DNA from: a virus
Lineage: Duplodnaviria; Caudoviricetes
Virus record (IMG/VR): IMGVR_UViG_3300021387_000106
Span: 45,801 to 109,800 of that record
Direction: 5' to 3' (one strand)
DNA: 64,000 nt
In this document: piece after piece, positions 39,117 to 48,712 of the stretch
Layout: every line of letters begins with the position of its first letter
Position numbering within the stretch: the stretch's first letter is position 1
Notes under the pieces: model-generated
Told to the model about the DNA's origin: nothing
What the model saw: the letters and a program-made list of their open reading frames with translations, nothing else
Databases searched by the model: none
Made by a program: the position numbers and the translations under genes

Positions 39117-40883
39117 ATGGAGACTATAAAAGAAACTATCAAGATGCCACTAAGGGAACTTCTTACCAAGAGACCCTTCACACGCATCATGCCTGATGGT
39201 CATTACGATCATGGCGAATTTACGGGAGAGGTGAAAGAGGAATCTCCAGTAACCGACTTCCTATTGCGTAAAAGGGTCACTCAGGAGGATTTTCTTCGTG
39301 AACTCGACCCATGCGGACACCTTATCAATGACCGCGAATATTATCCTGACATTTGGCGCAAGAGCGAAGATGGACTTTGGTACTTAGAGGAAGTACCTCG
39401 CTATTCATTCGCATACCAATGGATAATCTTGCAGAACCAACTCACGCACTTAACTGGTAACGACGTTCAATTTGAACTCGCAGAGGAAGAAAGCGAAGAG
39501 CATTTAGATGTGTTCTCGGCTTTCAAGGCAGGATGGGCTGACAAGAATATGGAAGTTGCCTGGTATCAGTTCGCAAAATCGGTCAAATCAACTGGCGACG
39601 CTGCCTTTGTCGCTTACCTCGACAAGGGAGAGTTCGGTTGGAAGGTGCTTTCTTTCCTCAATGGTGATAGATTGTTTCCTCACTACGACAACAAGACTGG
39701 TAAACTGAGTACCTTTGCACGTACTTACAGCAATTTCGATGATGAAGGTCGTATCAGCAAGCGTTACATCGACGTTTGGGATAACAAATACTATTATCGC
39801 TTTGTTGCCGATGGCGACCCGAAGAATACCATTGAGAAGGTAAAACAGAGCATCTTCAATTTCTTCAATATTGATGGTTACAAACTGGAGTATGCAGAGG
39901 AACATGGATTTGACGAGATTCCTGTTTCATACCAACGTGACGATTTCGGGCCATGTTGGACTCTCTCGCAGGAAACTATCGACAACTACGAAATGGCTTT
40001 CTCTCGTCTCGCACAGAGCAACCACAATTTCGGACTGCCTATCATGTATGTCAAAGGCGAAGGTTCTCAGGAAGTGTCCTCAAAGGACATGAGCCATGCA
40101 AGCAAGGTATTCTTCCTGCCCTCAGACGGTGAAATGGGATTCCTAAACCGTCAGGATGCTTCCAATGCCTATAAGACGGAACTTGACATCTTGGAGAATC
40201 AGATTTATTCGCAGTCTAACGTTGTTAAGACTCCTGAACTGAAATCCGGCGACCTGCCAGCAGCAGCTATCAAGTTGCTCTATACTCCTGCATACAACAA
40301 GGCTATGTCTGACAGCAACGAGTACGCTCTCAGTCTTGACAAGATTGTGTATTTGTTCAAGTTCGGTTTCGGTATCGAGTCATTGCACCGCCTTGACTTC
40401 ATGAATACTCGAATCAGTCACTTCATCAAGCCTTACGTTCACCTGAACGAAACTGAGCTGACTACCAACCTCTCTATGCAAGTTCAGAACGGCTTCCTCT
40501 CTAAGCAGACAGCATCGGAGAAATCTCCATACGCTACACCGCGTGAGTGGGACCGCATCATTCGTGAGAAGAAGGAAGAGCAACAGCAGGAACTTCTACT
40601 TGAAGAGCAGAGACTTGAAATCCAGTCAGTGCAGCAAGTAGATACTCAGGAACAACTTTCGGAGATCAATACCGAACAGCAGATTGAGGTTGCAAAGGCG
40701 GAGAATCAGCTTAACGGCAATCAGCAGACCACTGACAAGAAAACAAAGAAAGTGAAATCCCATAAAGGTTCGTCCGCTACTGGTCGTGGACGTGGCAGAA
40801 CCAATCGTTCAGGTCGTAGATATGACGAAAACGGCAATTGGGAAGGTCGCAATAATTGGGATAATTGGAATCGCAACCATTAA
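39117..40883 (+). CDS. Portal protein (SPP1-like)
   Basis: Follows terL; HLTGNDV, EHGFDEIPV, IDNYE and GFLSKQTA features. Confidence 0.82.
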   Translation: METIKETIKMPLRELLTKRPFTRIMPDGHYDHGEFTGEVKEESPVTDFLLRKRVTQEDFLRELDPCGHLINDREYYPDIWRKSEDGLWYLEEVPRYSFAYQWIILQNQLTHLTGNDVQFELAEEESEEHLDVFSAFKAGWADKNMEVAWYQFAKSVKSTGDAAFVAYLDKGEFGWKVLSFLNGDRLFPHYDNKTGKLSTFARTYSNFDDEGRISKRYIDVWDNKYYYRFVADGDPKNTIEKVKQSIFNFFNIDGYKLEYAEEHGFDEIPVSYQRDDFGPCWTLSQETIDNYEMAFSRLAQSNHNFGLPIMYVKGEGSQEVSSKDMSHASKVFFLPSDGEMGFLNRQDASNAYKTELDILENQIYSQSNVVKTPELKSGDLPAAAIKLLYTPAYNKAMSDSNEYALSLDKIVYLFKFGFGIESLHRLDFMNTRISHFIKPYVHLNETELTTNLSMQVQNGFLSKQTASEKSPYATPREWDRIIREKKEEQQQELLLEEQRLEIQSVQQVDTQEQLSEINTEQQIEVAKAENQLNGNQQTTDKKTKKVKSHKGSSATGRGRGRTNRSGRRYDENGNWEGRNNWDNWNRNH

Positions 40884-40902
40884 TCTCTAATATATTGTAG
40901 GT

Positions 40903-41787
40903 ATGAGTGGAAAAGTAATAATAAACCTCGACACAGACCTCTATGTTGCGCCAACCCAATCAGAGATTAGCGCAGCTAAGAGGTTTGTACGTCAGAGAAC
41001 GGATAATGCAATCCACCTATCGGAACTTATCGACGCATTATTGCAGCAAGCAGCGAAATCAATCACGCTCGTTTGCTACAAATACAATATTGCGCCTGAG
41101 AACTTCGAGTATTCCGCCAATAAGGACTTGAAGAAAGAAGTCTATGAAATTCTTGATAACCTGGAGGATGAAATATACGCTCTTATAGAGGAATATTCCA
41201 CGAATATCACCAAGGATAAGGAAAGGAAAAAGGCTCTACTGGCTTGGTTGGTGCTTCTGAAAAGCAAAGGATTCGATGATTTGCGTTCATCATTGCACGG
41301 AAAGCTGATGCAGTTCGCATACGACCTCGAAGCGCAGATAGCTGCACAGAAATTAGTCGGAAACAATTCCGTAACAGCAGTTAGCCGCATACTGACAACT
41401 CTCCATAGCGTATATACGGCTCCTGAGATTCTTGCAGCGTTCAAAAAGAAGTCAAAAGCGTACTATATTCAGCAAAAAGGTGTGCATGAGGGTGGTAAAG
41501 GTCACTCTGCCAGTGGTGCTAATAACGTCATGTCATTCGGCAGACTTACCGCAGATATGGCATGGATGCACGAAAAGTACACCGAATTGAAGGATAATGA
41601 GCAAATTGCAGGCTTCTATGTTCTGAGAGGCAGCAATTACCCTTGCGATTTGTGCGATTCAATGGTAGGATTCCACTATATCAACGAAGTAGAGGCTTTC
41701 CCACCATTCCATGCGTATTGTAAGTGCTATATAGTGCCTATCAAAGGAAAGAGTTACGAAGAAACTATTGAACAAAACTTGATGTAA
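40903..41787 (+). CDS. Head morphogenesis protein (Mu gpF/SPP1 gp7-like)
   Basis: C-terminal CDLC...PPFHAYCKC motif; follows the portal. Confidence 0.75.
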   Translation: MSGKVIINLDTDLYVAPTQSEISAAKRFVRQRTDNAIHLSELIDALLQQAAKSITLVCYKYNIAPENFEYSANKDLKKEVYEILDNLEDEIYALIEEYSTNITKDKERKKALLAWLVLLKSKGFDDLRSSLHGKLMQFAYDLEAQIAAQKLVGNNSVTAVSRILTTLHSVYTAPEILAAFKKKSKAYYIQQKGVHEGGKGHSASGANNVMSFGRLTADMAWMHEKYTELKDNEQIAGFYVLRGSNYPCDLCDSMVGFHYINEVEAFPPFHAYCKCYIVPIKGKSYEETIEQNLM

Positions 41788-41788
41788 T

Positions 41789-42304
41789 ATGGTTTTTACA
41801 GAGAAATTGAAGAAAGAGGCGAAATCGGCAGGAGTAGAGCCGCAAAGCCTGATAATGGCTGATTTGCTGAGTATCGGCTACTCAGAATCAGACGCATATA
41901 ATATCGCATATCCTGAACGTGAGGTGTGGAATATCGAAAAGAATATGTCAACTCGCGACGGAATACTCAATGATAAGAAATTCAAGTCCGTTCTTGAACA
42001 GAGAATCCAAAGACAGCGTTCTGGTGTGATGATTCCACAGAAACTTTCGGAAATCGAACTCATTAGCCGTGAGGAATCGCTGAAAGAAATCCTTATGGCA
42101 GCTCAGAAACTCGCAATAGGATCTAAAGAGCGTGGTGATATGTTCATCAAGTACCAAGAGGCACTTGCTAAGATGCAAGAAACTACTGGCAATGGTGACA
42201 CAGTGAATATCTATCTCCCTCTGAAATGTATCAAATGCCCTTTATACGCTGATTTCTTGGAGAAAAAAGCGGAGAAAATAGAAGAAAGCCTTAATAAAAA
42301 ATAG
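41789..42304 (+). CDS. Hypothetical protein, possibly terminase small subunit
   Basis: HTH-like N-terminus (GYSESDAYNIAYP) and C-terminal CxxCP; last gene of the packaging block. Confidence 0.45.
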   Translation: MVFTEKLKKEAKSAGVEPQSLIMADLLSIGYSESDAYNIAYPEREVWNIEKNMSTRDGILNDKKFKSVLEQRIQRQRSGVMIPQKLSEIELISREESLKEILMAAQKLAIGSKERGDMFIKYQEALAKMQETTGNGDTVNIYLPLKCIKCPLYADFLEKKAEKIEESLNKK

Positions 42305-42396
42305 TGCATATCACGCAGCACTATCTCTTGCATAAATCTTTCAAGTCGTGGTAGGAGGCCGCCCGTGTCAGGGGTCAGACCTCCTTTAATTATCAC

Positions 42397-42431
42397 AAAA
42401 AACAAGGAGCATCACGTATGACACTCCTTGT
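42397..42431 (-). terminator. Terminator for the minus-strand 42-46 kb operon
   Basis: ACAAGGAG...CTCCTTGT inverted repeat with an adjacent A-run. Confidence 0.5.
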
Positions 42432-42471
42432 CCGAACAACAACAAACGGAACACAGTTTCACACCATGCCG

Positions 42472-43077
42472 TTATTTCTCCAGTACCTCAGATGCTTGCT
42501 CTGCTATCTCGTCCTGCTTTAATTCTTCCTCAGTAGGCTCATACTTAGCCATTTCAGCATCATAAGCAGCACGCCACTCCTGATAATCCTTACAAGTGCG
42601 CTTGACATCATTGATAAGATAGTCGTGTTTTTCGTCTTTCTTATCAAGAATTGTAGGACGTGCATAGATGGCAGAAACTATCTCTACTCCATGATGGAAG
42701 TAGCCGTTGCCAACGGAAGTGACATACAGCATATTCGACAGCAAGGTACGCAAGGCATTGAAAGAACCATCTCGCTCTTCCTTGGTCTTTTCCTCATTCT
42801 TCCAGTCGGCATACAACTGAGTGAGGAAGCCGAACATTTCCATACTCTGAGGAATAGAAATGTTCCAACCGCCAAGTAGGTTACTGATATGGATGCACTC
42901 GATAGGATAGCTGACAGACTTTGCCTTACGAGTACCATTACTCTTCTTTTTGATTTCCTCACGCTCTTCTGGTGTCGGAACACGGGTAATCGTTGACTTT
43001 GTGCGCCAAATCTTGAAGTTGCTGACCCTCTCTGCCTTATTGAAAGGGATAGCCATAGGATTAATGCTTGCCTCCAT
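42472..43077 (-). CDS. Hypothetical protein
   Basis: 201-aa ORF overlapping its upstream neighbour. Confidence 0.7.
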   Translation of the reverse strand: MEASINPMAIPFNKAERVSNFKIWRTKSTITRVPTPEEREEIKKKSNGTRKAKSVSYPIECIHISNLLGGWNISIPQSMEMFGFLTQLYADWKNEEKTKEERDGSFNALRTLLSNMLYVTSVGNGYFHHGVEIVSAIYARPTILDKKDEKHDYLINDVKRTCKDYQEWRAAYDAEMAKYEPTEEELKQDEIAEQASEVLEK

Positions 43078-43756
43078 TGAGTTTTTCCTTTAAGTCATTA
43101 AACAAATCCTCTAACGAAGGGAATAGACATTCCTCACGCGCCTGATAGCGACCATCGGGAGAATACACACGATAGCAGAAACCCTTATTGTCAGATTCGG
43201 CAGAACCGAATATGCGACCTTCCTTAACGATATTGCCAGCCATGAAGAATACCTTATCGTTATTCTTATACTTAGGCTTTGGTCCCTCGTTAATCTCATG
43301 GGCAAACCGACGAATATTTTCCAAAATCTTCTCTGACGGACGGTATCTGAAATTTTTCAGTTCCTCGAAAAAAGTTGGAAATGGTCTTGGTTTCAACTCG
43401 CTAAGATTGACTCTTAGAACAGCAAACGGATTCTCTCGCAAAGCAACACGCATCATTTCTGCATCATGCTTCTTTGCCAAACGCTTCTGCAAGCGGTTAA
43501 TCTTCTTATCCTGAATACGTATAGTTTCAAGAGCATCGGCAAGTGTCGGGTCATCGACAGCACTCTTACAAGCATAGAAGAGTTCCATATCGTCAGAATT
43601 GCCGAATGGATCAACCAACTTGATTGCTTCATTGTCGTCAATATCCTCTCCATCAAGTATAGCCTTACATTGAGCCATGAACTTAAAGCAGAGTTTGACC
43701 TGCGCCCGAAGTTGTTCAGGCGTCAGGTCTTTCAGTGCATCATAATTCTTTTCCAT
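43061..43756 (-). CDS. Hypothetical protein with C-terminal SH3-like segment
   Basis: 231 aa; PKYKNNDKVFF...EECLFPS pattern. Confidence 0.65.
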   Translation of the reverse strand: MEKNYDALKDLTPEQLRAQVKLCFKFMAQCKAILDGEDIDDNEAIKLVDPFGNSDDMELFYACKSAVDDPTLADALETIRIQDKKINRLQKRLAKKHDAEMMRVALRENPFAVLRVNLSELKPRPFPTFFEELKNFRYRPSEKILENIRRFAHEINEGPKPKYKNNDKVFFMAGNIVKEGRIFGSAESDNKGFCYRVYSPDGRYQAREECLFPSLEDLFNDLKEKLNGGKH

Positions 43757-43767
43757 ACGCTACTATT

Positions 43768-44568
43768 TTACTCTTTTGCAGCCTTTGGTGGGCGACCAAC
43801 CTTCTTTTTCTCAGTCTCGGTGGCATTACCAGTACCATCGGTGGGAGTCTCGCCCTCGTCAACTGGCTTCTCGCCATTGTCGGGAGTCTCAACAGTACCG
43901 GGATTCTCAGGATTCTCGGCAACACCAGCACCCTCTCCAGTACTTTCACCAGTACCCTCGCCTGAATTTTCAGCAGCAGCAGCTTCCTTGGCGGCTTCCT
44001 TCAATGGAGCCTCAATATCTTCAAGGCTCTTACCACCGATAGCCTCCATATAGGCAGCAGAAAGGGCTTCCAAGCCGTTCTCGTTCAGGAACAATACACG
44101 CTCATCATTACCCATTTCGGGAGTAGAAGCCTTTTCAAGAACTGCATGAGTGGCTTCATTGGAAATGTCGATGACCTTATACTGATTCAACAACGTAATG
44201 ACAGCAGACCAAATCTTTGCCTCTGCCTGACGCTTGCTCTCAGCAGCAGCCTCTTCATTGAATCCAGCATCAAGCAAAGCGGCAATACGCTCTTCCTCAG
44301 GGAGTGCCATAATCTCGGCAACCTTATCCTTGCGGAGTTCTGCAAGATGTTCCTGGGCGAACTTCTGCTCAATCTCGTCAGCCTCTTTGTCAAGGCCTGC
44401 ACTGCGAAGGGCAGGAATAATCTTGTCCTTTGGCAGACGCATGAGTGAATCAACAAGAGCCTTACGCTCGTCCTCTGTGTAAGTCTGCTTCTGTTTGCCT
44501 ACGTGCAAATTAATAGAAGCATCGCCGTCAAACGGCTTCGGGTTACTTCTTCCAACTCTAATTCCCAT
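43768..44568 (-). CDS. Acidic helical-repeat protein with AT-hook-like tail
   Basis: Repeated units (ALRSAGLDKEA, ALLDAGFNEEA, FLNENGLEAL); C-terminal KKKVGRPPK. Confidence 0.7.
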   Translation of the reverse strand: MGIRVGRSNPKPFDGDASINLHVGKQKQTYTEDERKALVDSLMRLPKDKIIPALRSAGLDKEADEIEQKFAQEHLAELRKDKVAEIMALPEEERIAALLDAGFNEEAAAESKRQAEAKIWSAVITLLNQYKVIDISNEATHAVLEKASTPEMGNDERVLFLNENGLEALSAAYMEAIGGKSLEDIEAPLKEAAKEAAAAENSGEGTGESTGEGAGVAENPENPGTVETPDNGEKPVDEGETPTDGTGNATETEKKKVGRPPKAAKE

Positions 44569-44597
44569 AATCGTAAATATTTAAAGGTGAATAAAAA

Positions 44598-44924
44598 TTA
44601 TTTTCCAATCTGCATTGACTGATATTTCCTATACATTGTCGCAATGACAAGTTTTGAGAGAGTATGACTATGAAATGCGCCGAAAATTCGCAACTTCTTA
44701 GCCACTAACGGCTTCATGAACCAGAAACTATTATCATACATTTTTTGATAATACTCTGTTATGACACGATAGTATTCAAGTTTGGCTTTCAGCAAACCCT
44801 CATACGCCTCGGCAAAGATGACGGAATCAATGCCGTATTCCTCGATAATGAGAAGTGCCCTTGCGCTTTTCTCCAACTCAGCACCTTTCTCTTTCGTGTA
44901 TTCTCTGAATCCATTATAATTCAT
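44598..44924 (-). CDS. Hypothetical protein
   Basis: Start overlaps the upstream stop (ATGA). Confidence 0.6.
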   Translation of the reverse strand: MNYNGFREYTKEKGAELEKSARALLIIEEYGIDSVIFAEAYEGLLKAKLEYYRVITEYYQKMYDNSFWFMKPLVAKKLRIFGAFHSHTLSKLVIATMYRKYQSMQIGK

Positions 44925-45331
44925 TTGCTTTCACTTTTAGTTTCGTCAACAAAATCACATGGTGGCATCGTCTGCAAGCGATAGGCAAGGATGGTCTTCC
45001 TGCCCTCAACAATCGCCCGACATATTCTATGCGCACCATCAGCAATCTGACCCAAATTGTCAAGAATGATAGGTATCTCGATGTCGCAGTCCATGCAACG
45101 CTTCATCTGCCAAATGAATTCGTCCATAGAAGATACGGAGAAATGCAACACAGAGAGGTCGAGACCCGCAAGAGGCAACTCGAACGGCTCCAGTCGTTGA
45201 TTATGGCACGCACGATACAACGTAGTAGCCATCCAGTGCTCACGCCCGCGAGTATAAACGCTTTCGCTGAACTCAAACGCTCCCAAGTCAATAACAGGAG
45301 GCTCATGTACTATTATATTTCCTTTCTTCAT
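44921..45331 (-). CDS. ParB/Srx-like domain protein
   Basis: PIILDNLGQIADGAHRICRA matches the ParB DGxHR motif. Confidence 0.7.
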   Translation of the reverse strand: MKKGNIIVHEPPVIDLGAFEFSESVYTRGREHWMATTLYRACHNQRLEPFELPLAGLDLSVLHFSVSSMDEFIWQMKRCMDCDIEIPIILDNLGQIADGAHRICRAIVEGRKTILAYRLQTMPPCDFVDETKSESK

Positions 45332-46776
45332 ATATACAAATGAGCGAATTTATCATCATCAAAGAACAGATAATAGATATTACCGATGTTCTTATGGTCT
45401 TTCTTCACACCCATACGAGTCATGGCACGTCCGAATCCGTTAAATTCCTCATGCTCATAGCCCATAGAGTCACACCAAAGACAATACTCCTGAAAGAGCG
45501 CATTTGCCAACACAATCTTTGGCTTTTCATCCAAATTGCCGACACGGAACGTCTCTCTGATACCATTATCATCAAAGAATACCCTCACAGTCTGCTTATT
45601 CTCTATCATATACTCACGCTTTGCCGACTCGCTGACACCAGCACCGACAAAAGAGAAATTATCAGCAGCCAACTTCAAATAGCCCTGCATCATCCAGTTA
45701 CGAATACCCGAATACTCACTTCTCAGAACCGAATCAAGGTCACGTCGAATATCCTTGTCCGTCACCTTCGCCCTGAAAGGAATGAATACCAACCTTCGCA
45801 TCATTGCCTTATCAAGATTGCTGTTCGTCGGCTTCCTATTCATGCTGAATATCATAAACGGAATATCATACGCTATCTCGAAATCACCGCCAATGCGTCT
45901 TATCGTCTGAGGTGAACCGCTACATAACGACTTGAAAGCATCCTCATGCCTGGTAATGTCATAACTCTGCACCTCGTCACATATATTGAACGTGCGCCCG
46001 ACAACTCCTGCAAGCAATCTCGCCCTTACATCAGGATTGCCACTGACAAGATTACTCAATGACTCCACGCTGATATTCCAAGCACCAAGCACACCTGTTA
46101 TGACATTCGTGATAGTGGTCTTACCATTACCGCCACCGCCAATCATCCATAAACTCTCTTCGACCCTATGGCTCATAGTGGCACGATTCACACAACCAAG
46201 ACCCAAATACTTCTGTAACGTCAGTATCTCACTATCGGGTAATATCTCACCAAGGAAATGAATCCAGTTCGGGCAGGTAGCATTTGGATCATAATCATAA
46301 TCCAACAACTGAGTAACTGCCATCCTATCCCGGAACTCATAGCGTATCGGATTGCTCACATCGGAGAAATCCCAAACACCATTTCTGAAACCTACCAAAG
46401 AAGGACTTACACACAAAGGACTCATAATAGCACCATCACGCAGACTGCCAGCCAACTTCTGACTACTCTTGACAATATCATCCTTACCAATACCCAACTT
46501 ACGCAAAGCATCACGCAAAGCATACTCCATACAGCTATTAGTGGCTTTGTCAAAAGGCTTCCATACCATGCCATCAAAGTAATACACAACACCATGCAGA
46601 CTTCTCAGACACTTCCTGCCAATATCACATACGAGATTTTGGTAATCATAAAGCCTATCACCATAACGCTGCTGATGGTAAGCCTCTACAACACGCTTCT
46701 TATCAACACCAGATGCAAACTCGTCTCGTAACTGGCGTATCAATCCGTCCTGTGATGATTTTATCCCTTTTTCCAC
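45328..46776 (-). CDS. SF3 helicase, D5/P4 primase-helicase C-terminal type
   Basis: D5_N-like GFRNGVWD...YDPNATCPNW, Walker A GGGGNGKTT, Walker B ICDE, motif C FSMN and arginine finger MRR. Confidence 0.85.
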   Translation of the reverse strand: MEKGIKSSQDGLIRQLRDEFASGVDKKRVVEAYHQQRYGDRLYDYQNLVCDIGRKCLRSLHGVVYYFDGMVWKPFDKATNSCMEYALRDALRKLGIGKDDIVKSSQKLAGSLRDGAIMSPLCVSPSLVGFRNGVWDFSDVSNPIRYEFRDRMAVTQLLDYDYDPNATCPNWIHFLGEILPDSEILTLQKYLGLGCVNRATMSHRVEESLWMIGGGGNGKTTITNVITGVLGAWNISVESLSNLVSGNPDVRARLLAGVVGRTFNICDEVQSYDITRHEDAFKSLCSGSPQTIRRIGGDFEIAYDIPFMIFSMNRKPTNSNLDKAMMRRLVFIPFRAKVTDKDIRRDLDSVLRSEYSGIRNWMMQGYLKLAADNFSFVGAGVSESAKREYMIENKQTVRVFFDDNGIRETFRVGNLDEKPKIVLANALFQEYCLWCDSMGYEHEEFNGFGRAMTRMGVKKDHKNIGNIYYLFFDDDKFAHLYI

Positions 46777-46856
46777 TATATATAAAACAATAATATAAAT
46801 ATTATAATACCCAATTAAGAAATATTACTTCATTTACTTCATTTTGCTTCACAGCA

Positions 46857-46914
46857 CAAAGATAAACACCTTTATTTAAAGGCATTGCGAATGATTTCTA
46901 AAATCTCGCCATTT
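46857..46914 (-). promoter_or_regulatory. Promoter with variant 22-bp motif upstream of the helicase operon
   Basis: Minus-strand TATCTTTG at 46857-46864; TTTCTAAAATCTCGCCATTT at 46895-46914 (18/20 match). Confidence 0.6.
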
Positions 46915-47381
46915 GAGAGCAAAATTGCTTCAAAAACACCCATATTGCTTCAAAACAACCATCATTTAACAATTAATTAACCCAAAAAACACCTCGTTTT
47001 ACCCCAAAATGACGCATTTTTCACACAATATTTACTACACCATTTCACCAAATGTTAAACAATTAACACTCGAAATGTTAAAATTGAAAATTAAAAAATT
47101 AAAATAAAAAATTTTTGTGGGAAGTCACAAACACCGTTTGGTCGATTTTTGCAGGGGGCTCCCCTCCATATTTTGTAAACATTTTAGATAAAAGGTTATA
47201 TTATATGTATAATGTAACTAACTGAAAATCAATTAGTTAGACGTACTTTTGAAGTGGGGAAAATCGTCTCCTTTGTCCTTTATTTTCGTACTTATTGAAG
47301 ATGATAAAAAACGTTTTTTGCTTTCAGGCTTTTAGTTGCAAATAATGAAGTATCTTTATTGCACATATATTATAATGTACG

Positions 47382-47389
47382 TACATTTG
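47382..47389 (+). promoter_or_regulatory. Bacteroidetes -7 promoter element for the right-arm transcript
   Basis: TACATTTG followed by CAG, 165 bp upstream of the first plus-strand gene. Confidence 0.55.
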
Positions 47390-47554
47390 CAGTGCATCTA
47401 CTTAGTAGGTGTGCGCTGTTTGACGTTCTGAGGTTACTGCTAAGGCTGCTGAGGCACTTGCTGAGGCTCTGAGGCTCTTAGTAGACTACTCACGCAATAG
47501 GGCGCTCGTTCTTTGACTTATTTACATTGTTTCACTCTTTAATACATTATCATT

Positions 47555-48634
47555 ATGGAAAAAAAGGTTTTAATTAGTGCACTTGCTGCACTCGTTCGTC
47601 CGAGTTTTAATGTTGCTTCTTATGAGGCTGAGTATTTAACTAAGGCTTTTGCTGCTGCTAAGGGTGATGCTAAGGCATTTGCTGAGGCTGTTGCTGCTAA
47701 GGATTCTGAGGTTGCTAAGGCTGCTGAGGATTGGAAAAAGGCAAATGCTGAGGCACTGGCTAAGGCTGAGGCTGCTGCTACTCCTTATCTTATTATCCGT
47801 ACCTTATTAGATAAAAAGGCTAAGGCTGAGGCACTTGTTGAGGCTAAGGCTGCTAAGTTGGCTAAGGCTACTGAGGCTAAAAAGGCTGAGGCTGCTGAGG
47901 CGCTGGCTAAGGCTAAGGCTGAGGCTCAACCAGTTCGGGCACTTGCTGAGGCACTTGCTGAGGCACTTGCTTTTGTTAGTAGTCCGACTGCTGAGGCTAA
48001 GGCTGAGGCTCTTGCTAAGGCTCTTGAGGTTGCTGAGGCTGAGGCTGCTAAGGGTGTTTTCAATATGTATTGGGATTGTAATAATACTGAGGGCACTCGT
48101 TTAACTGCTGAGGCTGATGTTTACTATTTGCCTACTTCTTTGGGATTCGCTGAGGCTGCTGCTAATTGTCTGCTTAGTTACTCCGTTTTTGCTGAGGTTG
48201 CTGTTAGACGTGCTAAGGCTGCTGAGGCTATTGAGAATCTTCTCAACGGCTTAACTGATAGGATGGTTAAATGCATCGAAAAAGGTGCAAAGATTGAGGC
48301 TGTTAGGGCTAAGTTGTCTGAGGCACTGGCTGAGGCTGAGGCTAAGGCTGCTGCTAAGGCTGAGGCTCTTGCTGCTGAGGCTGCTGCTAAGTTTAAGCGT
48401 GTTTCTCTAACTGCTGAGGCTGCTGAGGCTGCTGCTAAGGCTGCTGCTTGCAAGGTTGGCACTGCTGCTAAGAAAAAGGCTGAGGCTGAGGCTAAGAAAA
48501 AGGCTAAGGCTGCTGAGGCTGCTGCTACTGCATGGAACGTGTTTAAACACGAATACGCTGAGGCTGCTGCTAAGGCTGAGGCTGAGGCTTTTGAGGTTGC
48601 TGAGGCTGTTGAGGCTGAGGCTGCTGCTAAGTAA
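47555..48634 (+). CDS. Ala/Glu/Lys-rich low-complexity helical protein
   Basis: 359-aa ORF with a TTTAATACATT...ATTATG leader and unique non-repeat islands, followed by a terminator. Confidence 0.7.
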   Translation: MEKKVLISALAALVRPSFNVASYEAEYLTKAFAAAKGDAKAFAEAVAAKDSEVAKAAEDWKKANAEALAKAEAAATPYLIIRTLLDKKAKAEALVEAKAAKLAKATEAKKAEAAEALAKAKAEAQPVRALAEALAEALAFVSSPTAEAKAEALAKALEVAEAEAAKGVFNMYWDCNNTEGTRLTAEADVYYLPTSLGFAEAAANCLLSYSVFAEVAVRRAKAAEAIENLLNGLTDRMVKCIEKGAKIEAVRAKLSEALAEAEAKAAAKAEALAAEAAAKFKRVSLTAEAAEAAAKAAACKVGTAAKKKAEAEAKKKAKAAEAAATAWNVFKHEYAEAAAKAEAEAFEVAEAVEAEAAAK

Positions 48635-48657
48635 CTTAAAACTCTCTTTCTAAGTTT

Positions 48658-48712
48658 GAGGCTAAGGCTTAACCAGTCTTAGCCTCTTTCTTACTTTCTT
48701 TTTTTTCTTTTC
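48658..48712 (+). terminator. Intrinsic terminator
   Basis: GAGGCTAAGGCT-TAACC-AGTCTTAGCCTC followed by a long T-rich tract. Confidence 0.7.

Noticed and set aside
47835-48653. Leu/Arg-repeat ORFs (47835..48104, 48456..48653)
   Set aside because: They are alternative-frame readings of the GCTGAGG repeat, which has no stops in that frame.
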